NCBI GenBank assembly: GCA_965263355.1
Contig: CBDHHL010000032.1
Coordinates: 1,312,001 to 1,376,000 of the forward strand
Reading direction: 5' to 3'
DNA length: 64,000 bases
From: Leptolyngbyaceae cyanobacterium
Lineage (GTDB): Bacteria > Cyanobacteriota > Cyanobacteriia > Phormidesmidales > Phormidesmidaceae
The translations under genes and the position numbers were made by a program. The notes under the pieces were generated by a model, which ran no database searches, was not told the DNA's origin, and saw nothing but the letters and a program-made list of their open reading frames with translations. Positions 62,282 to 64,000 of this stretch are shown in pieces (positions within the stretch are counted from its first letter, which is position 1; each line of letters starts with the position of its first letter).

Positions 62282-63151
62282 ATGCCCCAGAGACTAGAGA
62301 GGGTACTGAGACAGTGCCCATGGGGGAGTTGCTTAATGTGCCTACATTGCCGGATAACTTTTTATCTAGACCAGAGGACTTGGCGGCGCTGAAGCTGCAA
62401 ATATTGGGCCAATCGCAGCAGGCTGTTGCCGTAACGGGTAAAGCCGTTGGTGGTGGCAATGTCAGCATTCAGGGGATGGGAGGTATTGGCAAGTCGGTAT
62501 TGGCAACGGCACTGGTGCGAGATGAGGCGGTACGTTGTGCTTATCCGCATGGATTGTTTTGGGTTACGCCAATTATTGTTTGACTATAACTGGCTGCAGG
62601 CGCAGCTAAACGCTAATGGTATCAATGGCCTGCTGGCGGACTATGACTGGCTCACTGATGACAAGACTCTCAGACTGTTGCAGAGTACATTGCGATTGTC
62701 GGCTCATGTGTTGACTACGAAACCACAACAGCTTAACCAGAGGCTTTGGGGACACCTGAGAGATAGACAACAACCAGACGTTGACAGCTTGTTAAATCAG
62801 GGTGCTGCGCAACAACAGTCTATATGGCTGCGGCCCCAGAAAGTCAACCTGACAGCTCCTGATGGGCCAATGATCCGCACCCTGGAAGGTAGACAACAAC
62901 CAGACGTTGACATAGCTCCAGGGTCCAGGGTCAATTCAGTGGTGATGAGTGCTGATGGCAGCCTCGCCCTCTCCGGCTCTGACGACAATACGTTGAAGCT
63001 GTGGGGTCTGACCACAGGCAAGTGCTTAGCTACCTTCTGTAGCGATCATCCATTCTATTCCTGTGCCCTGTCTGCCGATGGTAGCACCATTGTTGCTGGC
63101 GATGCGGCAGGCACTGTGCATTTCTTTTCTGTTATTGAGCCTGGCAACTAA
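62278..63151 (+). pseudogene. Remnant of an NB-ARC / APAF1-like helical / WD40 STAND protein
   Basis: VP.LP.NF..R and GMGGIGKSVLA (Walker A) stop after FWVT; then LLFDY.WLQA...LRLSAHVL and about two WD40 repeats in another frame. Confidence 0.8.
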
Positions 63152-63728
63152 ACGTTTGTCATATTTGGTGTTTAGGTTAAGACCGAGTGAGGAAGAAATG
63201 AAGAAGAAAACAATAGCAGGGTAACAGCTAGGAATAGCCCAGTACGTTGGCTTATAGGACGGCGTTCCGGCCCTGCCCATAGGGAAACCCAATAAGCCTA
63301 AATTGCAAACCTTGTTGTTTCCAGAAAAGGAACTCGGAGGATTACCCCTACAAGATGATCTAATTTTGAATCAGGTTGAAGAAATTAGGATTTCACCTAG
63401 CACAAATCAAAATTTCACAAAAAGGACTGTAATCACAGATATTTTGGGCTTTAAACATAAAATCCACAATTATTGTGTCTTTATGTTAAGTGACCGTAGA
63501 ACTTGCCATAGATAGGTGTTCACATATCAATTCTATTTTTATTCTTAAGTGAAAAGCACAGGTGTTAAACATCGACCCATGAAGTACGTAAAAAGTTTCA
63601 TATACATTACGTAAAGACAGCGTGGTGAAAGCCTGGTTGCCAATAGTCTTTACAGTCTGCACTTAGGTCATTTCTTAAAGTCCTGAAATGCCCTCATCAA
63701 ACTTATATTACCTACCCAACTAATAAAT

Positions 63729-64000
63729 ATGCTGACGCTTACTTGTATCGATGATATGGCAAACAAACAGATATCGGTGGCGTTTCCCCATCGGGAAATA
63801 GCTGCTAAGGCTAAAACTGTTATTTTTGATTCACAGATTGAAGACCTAAACCTACTATTAGATGGTTTACATGGCAATGTTCAGGCCCATGTGCTTAACC
63901 AGGACCATGATGGTTTAGAGCAGATAACAACATTTCTGCAGCAAAATCCGAGCCAGGATTTAACCCTGATCGCCCACGGCTTCCCCGGTGGTATACGCCT
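63729..64000 (+). CDS. DUF4347-domain protein, N-terminal part (runs off the window)
   Basis: VIFDSQIEDL..LL.G...DGLEQI...LTLIAHG.PG; open to the window end. Confidence 0.7.
   Translation, partial: MLTLTCIDDMANKQISVAFPHREIAAKAKTVIFDSQIEDLNLLLDGLHGNVQAHVLNQDHDGLEQITTFLQQNPSQDLTLIAHGFPGGIR

Noticed and set aside
63303..63515. 70-aa ORF
   Set aside because: TTG start and no recognisable family; may be a remnant but cannot be supported

Overview
A 64-kb chromosomal window from a filamentous, probably non-heterocystous cyanobacterium. The taxonomy (Leptolyngbya/Leptothoe-like) is inferred from psb28, ndhB, ycf66, nrrA, frequent HIP1 GCGATCGC and Uma2 genes. Housekeeping genes are intact (ileS, topA, ndhB, pyrD, dapB, PGM/PMM, tsaA, grxD-bolA, exbB-exbD-exbD, tRNA-Pro(CGG)), while many accessory genes are damaged. 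The window also holds one IS630 element and numerous GTAG-type REP palindromes. Main highlights: (1) an AT-rich island with an extra ribosomal protein L27 fused in frame to an MbcA/ParS/Xre-type antitoxin domain, upstream of a RES-domain toxin and facing an ATPase+TPR pair. This is a candidate ribosome-tethered toxin-antitoxin or defence system. (2) A CHAT-TIR gene ending in a canonical A-AAA-AAG slippery site plus a 3' structure, whose -1 frame runs into an NB-ARC/WD40 remnant. (3) An NsiR1-like sRNA with a DIF1-like -35 motif. (4) Tandem copies of the tRNA-Pro 3' end, and repeated duplications of gene 3' ends. All family assignments come from motif recognition by eye; no database search was run.
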